From a virus: DNA of 64,000 nt. Positions 1 to 9,647 of the stretch are shown here, piece by piece. Under the pieces are notes generated by a model, which saw only the letters and a program-made list of their open reading frames with translations, searched no databases and was not told where the DNA came from. Positions within the stretch are counted from its first letter, which is position 1; every line of letters begins with the position of its first letter. The DNA lies in the UHGV virus genome UHGV-0037280. One strand, written 5' to 3'. The position numbers and the translations under genes are program-made.

Positions 1-585
1 AGAAGGAACAATAAACTCCTCTAACAGCTCTTCACGGCTTACATTCTGCAACATAGCCTGTGCAGATGTTGCGTTTACGATACCAATAGAGTGTTTATGG
101 CTTAAAAACATCGTTGCTGAAGATTGCGGATCAAGGTCAATAACCAGAATCCTTAAATCTTCCATCAGAAGATGAGGGTGGGCACGCATTGCATGCGCCA
201 GAGAAACCGTCGATACAGTTTTTGACACACCGCCTTTAAGATTGGAGATGAAAATCACATACGCTTCGCTGTAGCGATCCCGGTATTTTGGCACTCCGCG
301 ATGTTCATATATGTCAATGATGTTCTGAATTGACATCGCATATTTCATTGAAGAGCCAGCAGGGCGTTTATCGAAAACATAGCCCTTTTCTTCCATTTCA
401 CTTACGGCATAGTCAACGTTCGCTCGAGTCAGTAGAGGCAATTTTGCCAGTGCCGCTTTCGCATAGACCTGGTAAAACTCGTTCGCGTGTAGCTCATCCT
501 TTTGCAACTGTACTTGTTCAGTCAGAACATTGAGCATTCTGTTTGCTCTTTGAGCAACCTTGTGAAGCTGGCTGGAATCACTCAT
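1..585 (-). CDS. parA: Partition ATPase ParA, N-terminal part (gene runs off window start)
   Basis: Minus-strand reading frame open to position 1; start ATG is complement of 583-585; N-terminus MSDSSQLHKVAQRANRML; deviant Walker A NLKGGVSKT; lies downstream of repA/incA as in the P1 replicon. Confidence 0.85.
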   Translation of the reverse strand, partial: MSDSSQLHKVAQRANRMLNVLTEQVQLQKDELHANEFYQVYAKAALAKLPLLTRANVDYAVSEMEEKGYVFDKRPAGSSMKYAMSIQNIIDIYEHRGVPKYRDRYSEAYVIFISNLKGGVSKTVSTVSLAHAMRAHPHLLMEDLRILVIDLDPQSSATMFLSHKHSIGIVNATSAQAMLQNVSREELLEEFIVPS

Positions 586-858
586 CGAAAGTCATCCTTT
601 ATGCTGTATTTTTGAATTTAATTAAAAATGCTGCATAAAATAATAATGTATGCGTAGATGCTTGTACATAGCATTCTCTGCATGTTTACTCCTTTGCCAA
701 GTGTGTCACAACATGCTTTGGCATCCTCCACGTATAAAGGACGCGGATTTCTTCTATGTTCAGGTTGTAGCCTGAATCATTTTGGTGATTTCCTGCTTCA
801 ACGGGCAGCCAGGCTTCACTCTCTATCAACTGGTGAGAACGGCTTGCCCGGCAGCTTC

Positions 859-1144
859 GATGTGTGCTGGAGGGAGAATAAAAGTCTAAGATGTGCGATA
901 GAGGGAAGTCGCATTGAATTATGTGCTGTGGAGGGATCGCTGGTATCAAATATGTGTGCTGGAGGGAAAGACAGAGAATTACATGTGCGCTGGAGGGAAA
1001 AACTGATGGACAGATGTGTGCTGGAGGGAAAGTCTGGGCAAACTGCGGGGCGTCCCCCTCCAGCGCACATCAAAAACAGGAAATTGGACAAGCCTTCCCG
1101 GCAGCACACATTTTTTGAATGCAGCTGCCCTCCAGCACACACTT
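859..1144. repeat. incA-type iteron array, about 9 copies of RepA-binding repeat (core TGTGCTGGAGGGA) in both orientations
   Basis: Repeated GATGTGTGCTGGAGGGAAA-like units at about 859, 921, 952, 983, 1013 and inverted copies at about 1053, 1095, 1125; between repA stop and parA start. Confidence 0.8.
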
Positions 1145-2003
1145 ATTCGGGGAGTTTCAGCTTTGGATTGCGAGAATGGACGATTACAAAACTTTCCCGG
1201 CCTTTCTTCTCAATTGAACAGTCGAGATAGCCGATTGTTTTAAGCTGTTCTATCGCTTTCTTAATGATACGGTTTTGCTCGCCAACAGCTGACTGCAAAG
1301 CCAGGCGCTCACGGATTCGCGCGAACGATAGCGGCAACGGGTTCTGCGGAAGGCTTTCGATGAAAGTGTAAATGGCTTGTGCAGCTTCTTTCTTCGGAAG
1401 GGCACGCAAGGCGTGGTGTTGCAACAGAACGCGATAATCAAGCTGGAACAGCTCCCACAACTTCGAATCAGCCTCCAGCTCTATCAGATCAAGGTCAGCA
1501 TCAAAACGCCCGACCTTCAGCAGACCAGTCTGATAGCCGCCTTTAGCATCTTTTCCGCGCTTAAAAGCGATACCCTTGTTACGCAAGCGTCCAAGTGATT
1601 CATGAATGGTTAAACGCAGTTTCGCATCCAGACGTTTTGAGGGGAAACCACAGGCTTTAGCGAATTCCTGAAACGATAACTGGATGGTGTTTGAGGACAA
1701 GCCGTATTTGCTGAACGCGTAGATGACACCGATCCACGTTTTGAAATCAGTATCCATATCGAGTCGAGGACCGGTGATTTTAATATCATCGTAACCCTCG
1801 GCTTTAGCTACCTCCAGCTGGGAAAACGCTTTGGTGGCATCAATCTCTTTACTTTCTCCTTTGCTCTTTGATGGCTTCGGCACGAATACCCCCAAGCGCA
1901 TCAACGCTACAGGCTGCACAGTGTTGTTTGAATTAACTGTTAGTTCTTTTGCCTTACTTTCAATGTCTGCGTAAAGAATATCGGAGATAAATGATTGATT
2001 CAT
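1143..2003 (-). CDS. repA: Plasmid replication initiator RepA (286 aa)
   Basis: ORF track 286 aa starting MNQSFISDILYADIESK; flanked by iteron arrays on both sides; start ATG complement of 2001-2003. Confidence 0.9.
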   Translation of the reverse strand: MNQSFISDILYADIESKAKELTVNSNNTVQPVALMRLGVFVPKPSKSKGESKEIDATKAFSQLEVAKAEGYDDIKITGPRLDMDTDFKTWIGVIYAFSKYGLSSNTIQLSFQEFAKACGFPSKRLDAKLRLTIHESLGRLRNKGIAFKRGKDAKGGYQTGLLKVGRFDADLDLIELEADSKLWELFQLDYRVLLQHHALRALPKKEAAQAIYTFIESLPQNPLPLSFARIRERLALQSAVGEQNRIIKKAIEQLKTIGYLDCSIEKKGRESFVIVHSRNPKLKLPE

Positions 2004-2060
2004 ATTACTTTTTCCGAATTGTGTGGATAGTTTTTATAAGTGGTGATAACTACCCAGGCT

Positions 2061-2164
2061 TTCCCGTCAGCACACATCCTATATCCCGCCAGCACACATT
2101 AGCAACCCGTCAGCACACATTTTTATCCCTCCAGCACACATCGTTTTCCCTCCAGCACACATCG
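2061..2164. repeat. incC-type iterons, 5 direct copies (core CC(C/G)(T/C)CAGCACACAT) upstream of repA
   Basis: Five spaced repeats at about 2061, 2083, 2104, 2125, 2146, same core as incA in opposite orientation. Confidence 0.8.
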
Positions 2165-2202
2165 CGATACACTTCTAAGCCAGACGTGGCGCGGCCTGCA
2201 AC

Positions 2203-2281
2203 GATCAGGGATCTATATGGATCTAATTGGGATCTGTATGGACCTGATTATTGGATCTACCCAGTGGATAATGTGGATAAG
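2203..2281. promoter_or_regulatory. oriR-like origin core: clustered GATC sites plus tandem DnaA boxes
   Basis: GATC at 2203 and four more within 2210-2260 (gatctatatggatctaattgggatctgtatggacctgattattggatc); tandem TGGATAA/TGTGGATAA at 2263-2280. Confidence 0.7.
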
Positions 2282-2329
2282 TGAAAAACCGGCCACTGAG
2301 GACCGATTTCTGTGAAGAGTTGAAGCGAA

Positions 2330-2731
2330 TTAGTTGTCGTTTTCCGTACCTACTTCTTCGATCAACAAACTACTTGTATAGATGCGTAACGTATCACCTT
2401 TGTAGAGGAATTGATAACCAACACCTCCTATGGCAGGGAGGTCGGGGAACATTTCAGAAGCAACCCCAGAGCAAATCACGGCGATACAGTCATCCCGCTG
2501 TACATCCTTACGCTCTGTACTCAAAGTTTGCTCTTCCCCGATTGCCTTTGTCATCTCCTCATCTTCGTACGCAACAGGGATATATTCAATCGCATCAGGC
2601 GTTTTGATACCCAGTTCTTCAGCAATCTCGAACGCCTGTTTAAATTGATCTGACCCAGGATATCCAACGGTAATACTCTCAATTTCGAACAAAGAAGTAG
2701 CGTTGTTTATTTCTTGTTTAACCGCAAACAT
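2330..2731 (-). CDS. Hypothetical protein (133 aa)
   Basis: ORF track; part of minus-strand gene string upstream of repA. Confidence 0.55.
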   Translation of the reverse strand: MFAVKQEINNATSLFEIESITVGYPGSDQFKQAFEIAEELGIKTPDAIEYIPVAYEDEEMTKAIGEEQTLSTERKDVQRDDCIAVICSGVASEMFPDLPAIGGVGYQFLYKGDTLRIYTSSLLIEEVGTENDN

Positions 2732-2801
2732 GTTGTTTGTCCTTAGTGGCTTCCTGCCAAAGTAAAGTCATGAGTGTTGATATTACGATTTCTACAGTTG
2801 A

Positions 2802-3161
2802 TTAAATCTGCTCGCTGAGCTTTTGCTTCAGCAGATAACCTTCCAGCGGCCAGATTTTCTCAATGGCGTTCTTACGGGCCACCTTACGGCCAATCTCCGC
2901 GTCGAAATTTTCAGGGCTGGCACAGGCGCTTTCCCCGGTAACAATGAATCCATTGCACAGCACCAAGACACAGATGGTCAGGCTACGCGTAGAGGGATGA
3001 ACAGACAGCACCTCACGAACGCCTTCGTGCGCAGCGCGAATGCCGTCAAAAGCTGTGAAATAATGCTCTTCGGCAATCACACTCTCGATGTGACCAGGAG
3101 TCAGGCGTGGTGCTGTTTTGCCTTTGGCCAGAATCTCTTTTTCAATTTCCATATCGGACAT
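2802..3161 (-). CDS. Hypothetical protein (119 aa)
   Basis: ORF track; no recognisable motif. Confidence 0.5.
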   Translation of the reverse strand: MSDMEIEKEILAKGKTAPRLTPGHIESVIAEEHYFTAFDGIRAAHEGVREVLSVHPSTRSLTICVLVLCNGFIVTGESACASPENFDAEIGRKVARKNAIEKIWPLEGYLLKQKLSEQI

Positions 3162-3172
3162 AGTTTTTCCTT

Positions 3173-3424
3173 TTAGTTACCGCTGATAGCACGGTTGTAA
3201 TCATTAACGTTGCGATTCTTCCTGTTAATCCCCTTCAGCATCGTTTCTGTATCGAGGATATACGCTGGCAGATCATCAAAATATTCATTGCTAAACTCTG
3301 GCATTCTGCACATAAATGCACTTTTGGGGGCAGGGTGGTTAACCTTTGTCGGCGTCGGCGTTAAATTCGCTGATCGACTCCCGGAGCAACCGCTGAGTGT
3401 CAGCAGGAATGCGCTGGCGAACAT
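3173..3424 (-). CDS. Putative lipoprotein (lipobox LTLSGC); alternative start at 3505
   Basis: Signal-like MFASAFLLTLSGCSG from internal Met; overlaps 3' end of the upstream gene in another frame, so boundaries uncertain. Confidence 0.4.
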   Translation of the reverse strand: MFASAFLLTLSGCSGSRSANLTPTPTKVNHPAPKSAFMCRMPEFSNEYFDDLPAYILDTETMLKGINRKNRNVNDYNRAISGN

Positions 3425-3761
3425 TACCCGCCGCAACCAGTTGTTTCTGAACTTCAGCTTTTCGTTCCATTTGCCTGTCAGCATATTTGGCTTGTTCTGA
3501 TTCATTTTTCACTTCCTGGCTGTGAAAATGTTGCTCTGCTTTGTTCATCGTCTCAATGGTCTGGTTAAGATCCATTATTGACTTATCACGTTCCTTAACA
3601 GCCTGATCAAGACTGCCAATTTTCTCCATGGCTTGCTTTAGCTGATGACGTTCCCATGCAAACCCAGCACCAACAAGTGCGCAAATCAGAACAAGAACAC
3701 CAGTAGCAGCAAGTTTCTCCTTCAAAGACAAAGCTGTTTTTAACGTAGAAAAGAATGACAT
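3339..3761 (-). CDS. Membrane-anchored/periplasmic protein with coiled-coil region
   Basis: Start chosen at Met10 (MSFFSTLK) because AGGAGG lies 6-11 nt upstream; N-terminal hydrophobic segment. Confidence 0.6.
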   Translation of the reverse strand: MSFFSTLKTALSLKEKLAATGVLVLICALVGAGFAWERHQLKQAMEKIGSLDQAVKERDKSIMDLNQTIETMNKAEQHFHSQEVKNESEQAKYADRQMERKAEVQKQLVAAGNVRQRIPADTQRLLRESISEFNADADKG

Positions 3762-3800
3762 GTCTTCCTCCTGAAGAAAAATTATCAATGAAGTCCTTTG

Positions 3801-4589
3801 TTACTGTGCCGCTTTGTTTAATTCATCAAGAACAGAATCAGGAACCAAAGCGGCAACTGCGCTGGCTGTGCTGACCTTATTTGCTGATGCTTCCGCAAGC
3901 GCGGTACCGATAGCATGGTTATAAGCAGTTATGGCTACGTTGGCGCTTTCATTCGCTCGTTCATACTGCTGTTGTAACGCAGTTGTGGGCGCTGTTGTCT
4001 GGTTGAAAACAACCCCAAACTGTTCAGTTGCTACTTTCAGAGATTCAATTTGCTCTTCTGTTAGTGCTGGTGGGGGAGTGGCAGTGCCGCCGCCTGAACC
4101 AGAGCCTGACGAGCTTCCTGAGCCAGTGTTAAGGGTCTGGTTAATCTCCCCCATAGCAGCGACTAAACTTGATGTATTAAGCGCGTTTACAGCGTCCTCA
4201 AGCGATTTAGTAATAGTCACATCACCAATGGCAATAGAGATCGGCAGTTCTGATACTTCTCGCTCATTAGCACGACAGTAAACATCCCAACCAATATCGA
4301 GTTGAAGGAGCATTGACAGATCAGCATAACCAGCCAACAGGTCCGCGTGCTTAGTTGCCAGTTCTCCAATGTTCGTTAAGCCGGTTGTGGTTGTTCTGAT
4401 CGTTGAAACATAGCTGGTAATAGTGTCGGGATAGACAATTGTATCCAGAATTAATCCGGTCAATTCTTCTGCAAGCAGTTTTGCTGTGTTAGCACTGTTT
4501 CGTGCCGATGTTATGGCACCAGGTGTTTTCATCCCACCGGCGGCGGCCAATTTTTTATATGCGGATAACTGGTAGTCTTTTTCCAGCAT
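3801..4589 (-). CDS. Hypothetical protein with Gly/Ser-rich linker
   Basis: Start at MLEKDYQL with AGGAG 6 nt upstream; GSGSSSGSGSGGG linker. Confidence 0.6.
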   Translation of the reverse strand: MLEKDYQLSAYKKLAAAGGMKTPGAITSARNSANTAKLLAEELTGLILDTIVYPDTITSYVSTIRTTTTGLTNIGELATKHADLLAGYADLSMLLQLDIGWDVYCRANEREVSELPISIAIGDVTITKSLEDAVNALNTSSLVAAMGEINQTLNTGSGSSSGSGSGGGTATPPPALTEEQIESLKVATEQFGVVFNQTTAPTTALQQQYERANESANVAITAYNHAIGTALAEASANKVSTASAVAALVPDSVLDELNKAAQ

Positions 4590-4597
4590 GATATCTC

Positions 4598-4882
4598 CTA
4601 ACTTACCTGAACCAGGCCGTCTCCGGACGCTACGGTAGATCCGCATGAAACAGGGTCACCAACGCATACGATCCCTTTACCATTGACGGTAAACCATGCC
4701 CTGGTTGATATAGCTTGCCCACCGTGCGTACTGTTTCCATCGGTATGCTGTGCATATTGCTTACCATCAACTAACACTTCGACTCCGTTGACTTTAAGTA
4801 GTGGTTCACTCTCTACAGGAGGCCTGGATGGGAATCCTCCGTGCCCCGAACAAATGCTGTCTTTTGTTGCAATACTTGCCAC
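4598..4882 (-). CDS. PAAR-like small protein (possible spike-tip protein), GTG start
   Basis: 94 aa with GDPVSCG and repeated HGG motifs typical of PAAR domains; start codon is GTG. Confidence 0.5.
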   Translation of the reverse strand: MASIATKDSICSGHGGFPSRPPVESEPLLKVNGVEVLVDGKQYAQHTDGNSTHGGQAISTRAWFTVNGKGIVCVGDPVSCGSTVASGDGLVQVS

Positions 4883-4962
4883 GTCATCACCAATTATTTG
4901 CTCTGGTTTTCGTTATTTTAACTTAGGTTACTTGTGGTCTATATGGTGTTAACTATTGCATG

Positions 4963-4979
4963 ATTGCTCTAATAAATAT
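4963..4979 (+). promoter_or_regulatory. C1 repressor operator (ATTGCTCTAATAAATAT)
   Basis: 16/17 match to P1 C1 operator consensus ATTGCTCTAATAAATTT; upstream of the hrdC-dmt gene string. Confidence 0.6.
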
Positions 4980-5050
4980 TGTTTTTTATGTCGTGTTTTC
5001 GGTACCATTCAGCCATCGCCCTTCAATGGGTATTTGTTTGGAGTCGTCAG

Positions 5051-5335
5051 ATGCAGATGGAGCTAATAAGCCGCAAAGAGTTCGATAGCCGTGTAACCAG
5101 CGGTGAACTCGACAACTTGCAGGCTATCAAGGTGAAAGAAGGCTTTTGCCTCATTGGGAATCAGAGCGGAACAAATCGCGTTTTTATGCTTCGCCGTACG
5201 GATTTGAAGCCATTTGTCTGGAAGAACGAAATTGGTCCCAGCTCATACGCTCAAACTAGGGGGTGCCTCAACCTGGCCTTTTTCTACAAAAACGAGCTTT
5301 CTGTGGTTGATATTCAAGGGTTACAACATGTTTAA
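5051..5335 (+). CDS. Hypothetical protein upstream of hrdC
   Basis: ATG at 5051 preceded by GGAG; the ORF-track start at 4979 is TTG inside the operator. Confidence 0.5.
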   Translation: MQMELISRKEFDSRVTSGELDNLQAIKVKEGFCLIGNQSGTNRVFMLRRTDLKPFVWKNEIGPSSYAQTRGCLNLAFFYKNELSVVDIQGLQHV

Positions 5336-6233
5336 GCACTGGAAAAACATTACTATTTATAAACTTTCTCGTGAAGCGGATCTGACCGACTTAGAAGATA
5401 AAAAGAAAATGATCCTTTTCACGCCATGCGGTAGTCAGGATATGGCCAAGTTCGGTTTTGTATCTCCATTTGGTGATAATTCCGAAGTTATCGCTATGCA
5501 TGGAAATGGTTTTATCCTTGTTGAAGCAAAGCGCGAAACAAAAATCCTTCCCCCGCCGGTTATCCAGCGAGCTATTCAAGAAAAAATTGAAAAACTCGAG
5601 CAAGAACAAGCGCGTAAACTGAAGAAAACAGAGAAGGACTCCCTGAAAGACGAAGTTCTGCATTCTCTTCTGCCACGGGCTTTTTCAAAGTTTTCTGTTA
5701 TCCAGGCGATCTACGACGGTTCAACTAAACGTATCTATATCAATGCCAGCGCGCGGCAGGCAGAGGATATGCTCGCGCTTATGCGTAAATCTCTGGGTTC
5801 TCTTCCTGTTGTTCCCCTAAGTGTTGAAAATCCCATTGAATTAACGCTGACCGACTGGGTACGTGATGGTAGTGCTCCACAGGGATTTCAAATGGGGGAT
5901 GCGGCAGAACTTAAGGCAGTGCTTGAGGATGGCGGTATTGCCCGAGTGAAAAAGCAGGATTTGGGAAGCGATGAAATTTCCACACACCTGGAAGCTGGCA
6001 AGCTCGTTACTAAGTTGGCACTCGACTGGCAGAACCGCATTAAATTTACACTGGACCATAACTTCAGCCTTACCAGCGTCAAATTTGCGGATGAATTGCT
6101 TGAGCAGAACTCTGATATTGATAGTGAAGATGTTGCGCAGCGACTGGACGCAGATTTCTTCCTGTTGACCAGTGAAATTTCGTGCCTGGTTGATGCTCTG
6201 GTAAATGCCCTTGGTGGAGAGGCTAAGCAGTGA
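5328..6233 (+). CDS. hrdC: RdgC-like recombination-associated protein
   Basis: Strong RdgC-like stretches [66 protein letters not shown]. Confidence 0.85.
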   Translation: MFKHWKNITIYKLSREADLTDLEDKKKMILFTPCGSQDMAKFGFVSPFGDNSEVIAMHGNGFILVEAKRETKILPPPVIQRAIQEKIEKLEQEQARKLKKTEKDSLKDEVLHSLLPRAFSKFSVIQAIYDGSTKRIYINASARQAEDMLALMRKSLGSLPVVPLSVENPIELTLTDWVRDGSAPQGFQMGDAAELKAVLEDGGIARVKKQDLGSDEISTHLEAGKLVTKLALDWQNRIKFTLDHNFSLTSVKFADELLEQNSDIDSEDVAQRLDADFFLLTSEISCLVDALVNALGGEAKQ

Positions 6234-8818
6234 AAGAGCTGTGCTATGGATCTGTTTGCAGCGGAATTGAAGCCGCGAGTATTGCCTGGGAACCGTTGGG
6301 TATGCGTCCGGCGTGGTTTGCTGAAATCGAGCCTTTTCCATCTGCCGTTCTTGCGCACCGCTGGCCCCATGTCGCCAACCTTGGCGACATGACAAAACTT
6401 GCCAAAAAAGTCCTGGCTGGGGAAATCGAATCCCCTGATGTGCTCGTCGGGGGTACGCCTTGTCAGGCATTCAGTATCGCGGGCTTACGTGGTGGGCTTG
6501 ATGATGAACGCGGCGCGCTAACTTTGAAGTATGTGGAGCTTGCAAATGCAATTGACGACAAACGGTCTGAGTCCTTCCTCAAACCGACAGTTATCGTCTG
6601 GGAAAATGTCCCAGGAGTCCTGTCATCGGCAGATAACGCCTTCGGATGTTTCCTTGCCGGATTGGCTGGAGAAGATGCGCCATTTGAACCAGGTGATCGA
6701 CCTGAATCAGGAAAAAGTAACGCGTTCTGGCGGTGGGATGGCAAAACCGGTTGCCATGCTCCAAAGTGGCCGCAGTGTGGTTGTATTTATGGACCGCAGC
6801 GAAAGGTGGCCTGGAGAATCCTTGATGCCCAATACTTCGGAGTGGCACAACGACGCCGACGCGTGTTTGTTGTCGCAAGTGCTCGAACAGACCTCGATCC
6901 CGCAACGGTACTTTTTGAGTTCGAAGGCGTGCGCCGGAATATTGCGCCGAGCAGAGGCGAGGGGAAGGAAGTTGCCGGAAATGTTGGAAATGGCATTAAA
7001 AGCGGGAGCCATTGGGATAACCCTGTAAATCCGCACCCGACACTTAACCAGTCACACAATACTGGCGGGATCGGCGCAAGTAACCAGGAGATTTTTGCGC
7101 AGCGCGGAAGTGGGCTTGTTGGTGCTTATCGAATGGTTGCATTTGGCGAATATGCTGATGATGAGACTGCTTCTACTGTCAAGGCCAGAGATTTTAAAGA
7201 TGCAACCGATTTAGCAGTTTTCAGTAGTACTGGTGCTGGTATTTGGCGTGAAGGTGCAGGCACTCTTCGTGCCAGAGCACAAGAAAGTCACGAACATCTG
7301 GCAGTGATGGCTATTCATGGAACACAGGATCCTGATGTTAATTGTGAATTGGCACATACTATTGGTCGTAACCATGGTCAAGAAAATGCAGTCGTAGCTT
7401 TTTCCTGCAAAGATTATGGACAAGATGTTTCTATTGAATGTTCTCCGACTTTACGATCTGGTAATACTGTTAATAGCAATCCAAATGCAGGATGCCCACC
7501 AGCTGTTGCGTATTCGCTACAACATGCACAAATTGGGCGAAAAGATGATGCTGGACCGCAGGGTAAAGGGTGGCAAAAAGAGATAAGTTTCACTCTTGAT
7601 TCCCGCGCTACAGCTGACGCCGTTGCGTTATCTTTTGGGGGGCAGAAAAGTATTGAAAAAGGCGAATTAGGTGATAATGGTTACTTACCTCATATGATGA
7701 GTGTTCGCCGTCTTACCCCTATCGAATGTGAAAGGCTGCAAGGTTTTCCTGATGGGCATACGTTGATCCCGACGGAAAAGCGTAAAAAAGTTAATTCAGA
7801 TGAACTGGTATATCTTCGCAATCACTATCCAGATTTAAGCGAAGAAGAGGCCGCGATGCTTGCAGCTGACGGACCTCGTTACAAAGCGATCGGCAATAGT
7901 ATGGCGATACCAGTAATGCGCTGGATTGGCGATCGGATTACCAAGGCTGCATGTCGGCAGAAGGAAGGGAGTGAAACAAAAGAGCGAAAAGTTAAACCAG
8001 CGGCAGAATTCGAACGGTCCATATTCAAATGGGCTGGTGGAAAATTTGGTGTTCTGGAACAAATCTTTCGCTATTTGCCAGAAGGGAAGCGCCTGATTGA
8101 ACCTTTCGTTGGTGGCGGAGCTGTCTTCATGAATGCCGGATACCAGGAAAATCTGCTAAATGATGTGAATGCTGACCTGATTAACTTTTACAAGACTCTG
8201 CAACGCGAGGCGCATTCACTTATCACTCTGGCACATCGTTTCTTCCAGGACTACAACACGCAGGAAGGATACCTGGCAGTACGGAATGCGTTTAACAAAC
8301 AAGTCTATGATGATTTACATCGCGCAGCGGCGTTTTTGTTCCTGAACCGACATTGTTTTAACGGATTGACGCGTTACAACCAAGCCGGTGAGTTCAATGT
8401 CGGTTATGGGAAGTATAAAACTCCGTATTTCCCATTGCAGGAGATGGAAGCCTTCCTTGGTGCGGAAGGGCGTTCTGAGTTTGTATGTGGTGATTTTGCT
8501 GCGGTGATTGAAGCTGCCGGAGAAGGAGATGTCATCTTTTGCGATCCGCCGTATGAACCGCTCCCAAATACAGAGGGATTCACGAACTATTCCGGTCATG
8601 ACTTTAAGTTTGAAGAGCAAAAACGCCTGGCGTCTCTGTTGACGGATGCTCATCGCCGAGGTGCAAAGGTTCTCATTACTAACAGTGGCGCGCCAAACAT
8701 CAGAGAACTTTATCAGGACAGTGGCTTCAGAGTGGAACCTCTTTTTGCCAGACGTTCTGTGTCTTGTAAGGGGGACACTCGAGGTGTTGCTCATGACGTT
8801 ATAGCAATATTGCTCTAA
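6230..8818 (+). CDS. dmt: Bifunctional-type DNA methyltransferase: N-terminal C5-cytosine MTase-like domain fused to C-terminal Dam-like N6-adenine MTase
   Basis: GTG start overlapping hrdC stop; motifs [12 protein letters not shown] and ENVPG (C5 MTase); FKWAGGK and DPPY (Dam-like) in C-terminal third. Confidence 0.85.
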   Translation: MKELCYGSVCSGIEAASIAWEPLGMRPAWFAEIEPFPSAVLAHRWPHVANLGDMTKLAKKVLAGEIESPDVLVGGTPCQAFSIAGLRGGLDDERGALTLKYVELANAIDDKRSESFLKPTVIVWENVPGVLSSADNAFGCFLAGLAGEDAPFEPGDRPESGKSNAFWRWDGKTGCHAPKWPQCGCIYGPQRKVAWRILDAQYFGVAQRRRRVFVVASARTDLDPATVLFEFEGVRRNIAPSRGEGKEVAGNVGNGIKSGSHWDNPVNPHPTLNQSHNTGGIGASNQEIFAQRGSGLVGAYRMVAFGEYADDETASTVKARDFKDATDLAVFSSTGAGIWREGAGTLRARAQESHEHLAVMAIHGTQDPDVNCELAHTIGRNHGQENAVVAFSCKDYGQDVSIECSPTLRSGNTVNSNPNAGCPPAVAYSLQHAQIGRKDDAGPQGKGWQKEISFTLDSRATADAVALSFGGQKSIEKGELGDNGYLPHMMSVRRLTPIECERLQGFPDGHTLIPTEKRKKVNSDELVYLRNHYPDLSEEEAAMLAADGPRYKAIGNSMAIPVMRWIGDRITKAACRQKEGSETKERKVKPAAEFERSIFKWAGGKFGVLEQIFRYLPEGKRLIEPFVGGGAVFMNAGYQENLLNDVNADLINFYKTLQREAHSLITLAHRFFQDYNTQEGYLAVRNAFNKQVYDDLHRAAAFLFLNRHCFNGLTRYNQAGEFNVGYGKYKTPYFPLQEMEAFLGAEGRSEFVCGDFAAVIEAAGEGDVIFCDPPYEPLPNTEGFTNYSGHDFKFEEQKRLASLLTDAHRRGAKVLITNSGAPNIRELYQDSGFRVEPLFARRSVSCKGDTRGVAHDVIAILL

Positions 8819-8825
8819 TAAATTT
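8809..8825 (+). promoter_or_regulatory. C1 operator (perfect ATTGCTCTAATAAATTT) overlapping a -35/-10 promoter
   Basis: Exact consensus; TTGCTC at 8811-8816 and TAATAT at 8833-8838 with 16-nt spacing; partial inverted half-site follows. Confidence 0.65.
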
Positions 8826-9002
8826 ATTAGTGTAATATCGCCTCAATGAATCGTGATTTATAGAGCGATTTAGCTGTTAGCCGCGACAGGCGCGGCGGCA
8901 AGTATGGCGGGGTAGTGACTCCTTCCCCCTCATGACGCCGAGTTGCCAGGTTGACCATACGCCTAAGTGGCAACACCGAAGTGCGTTACGAGCTTCCAGT
9001 TT

Positions 9003-9028
9003 GCCCATCTTCGGGTGGGCGTTTTTTT
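9003..9028 (+). terminator. Intrinsic terminator (7-bp GC stem, TTCG loop, T8)
   Basis: gcccatc ttcg ggtgggc followed by gttttttt. Confidence 0.6.
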
Positions 9029-9493
9029 CAGGGTTTTCGTCATGGTTAGCGACTTTGCGGCGGTTTAGAAACTGACCATTAAAGTAAATGCAAACGATGA
9101 TCTGATGATGGTAGCGGCCTAAGAAGCCAGACGCCACGGGGTATGAGTCGTCCCCCGTCAAAAAATCGACCGCAGAGTGTCCCCGTCTGTGTATTAGGGA
9201 ACGGGGAGGCACAACAGGTAAGGGCGCTGGTGTGATTAACCAGATGAACGAGAAGGGGCCATCTGTTGGTCAGCGTCCTTTCCTGTTGCGTCTTCTTTTC
9301 AGCGTAACAGCGGTGCTTAACAGCACTTTGGGTACAGTTCCACGAATTTACGGGTATATCCCGTCATGCTGAAAGCGCTAATCACGCTGGAAGCCAGGGT
9401 TATGCATCCCCTGTTACCGAATTGCAGCCAGGGCGCGGTGCGCCGAAAAGCATACGGAGGTGGAAGCCCTCGCCGGAGACGTACCCGGCAAGT

Positions 9494-9569
9494 GATGGTG
9501 TAGCTCAGCGGTTAGAGCGGTTGACTGTTAATCAACGGGTCGATGGTTCAAATCCATCCACCATCGCCA
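9494..9569 (+). tRNA. tRNA-Asn (anticodon GTT)
   Basis: Cloverleaf by inspection: acceptor gatggtg/caccatc, anticodon stem gttga/tcaac with loop ctGTTaa, T-arm gatgg ttcaaat ccatc, 3' CCA encoded. Confidence 0.9.
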
Positions 9570-9571
9570 AT

Positions 9572-9647
9572 GCCGGTTTAGCTCAGTTGGTAGAGCGCCT
9601 GCCTTGTAAGCAGGATGTCAGCGGTTCGAGTCCGTTAATCGGCACCA
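9572..9647 (+). tRNA. tRNA-Thr (anticodon TGT)
   Basis: Acceptor gccggtt/aatcggc, anticodon stem cctgc/gcagg with loop ctTGTaa, T-loop ttcgagt, CCA encoded. Confidence 0.9.

Noticed and set aside
330-533. 67-aa plus-strand ORF
   Set aside because: Lies antisense inside the well-supported parA reading frame.
658-1243. Several plus- and minus-strand ORFs (65-190 aa) across the region between parA and repA
   Set aside because: They run through the incA iteron array; their Cys/Ala/Gly-rich repetitive translations are artefacts of the 19-bp repeats and they lack ribosome-binding sites.
8877-9212. 111-aa minus-strand ORF between dmt and tRNA-Asn
   Set aside because: No start context; spans a promoter, an intrinsic terminator and a hairpin repeat on the opposite strand; region is better explained as non-coding.
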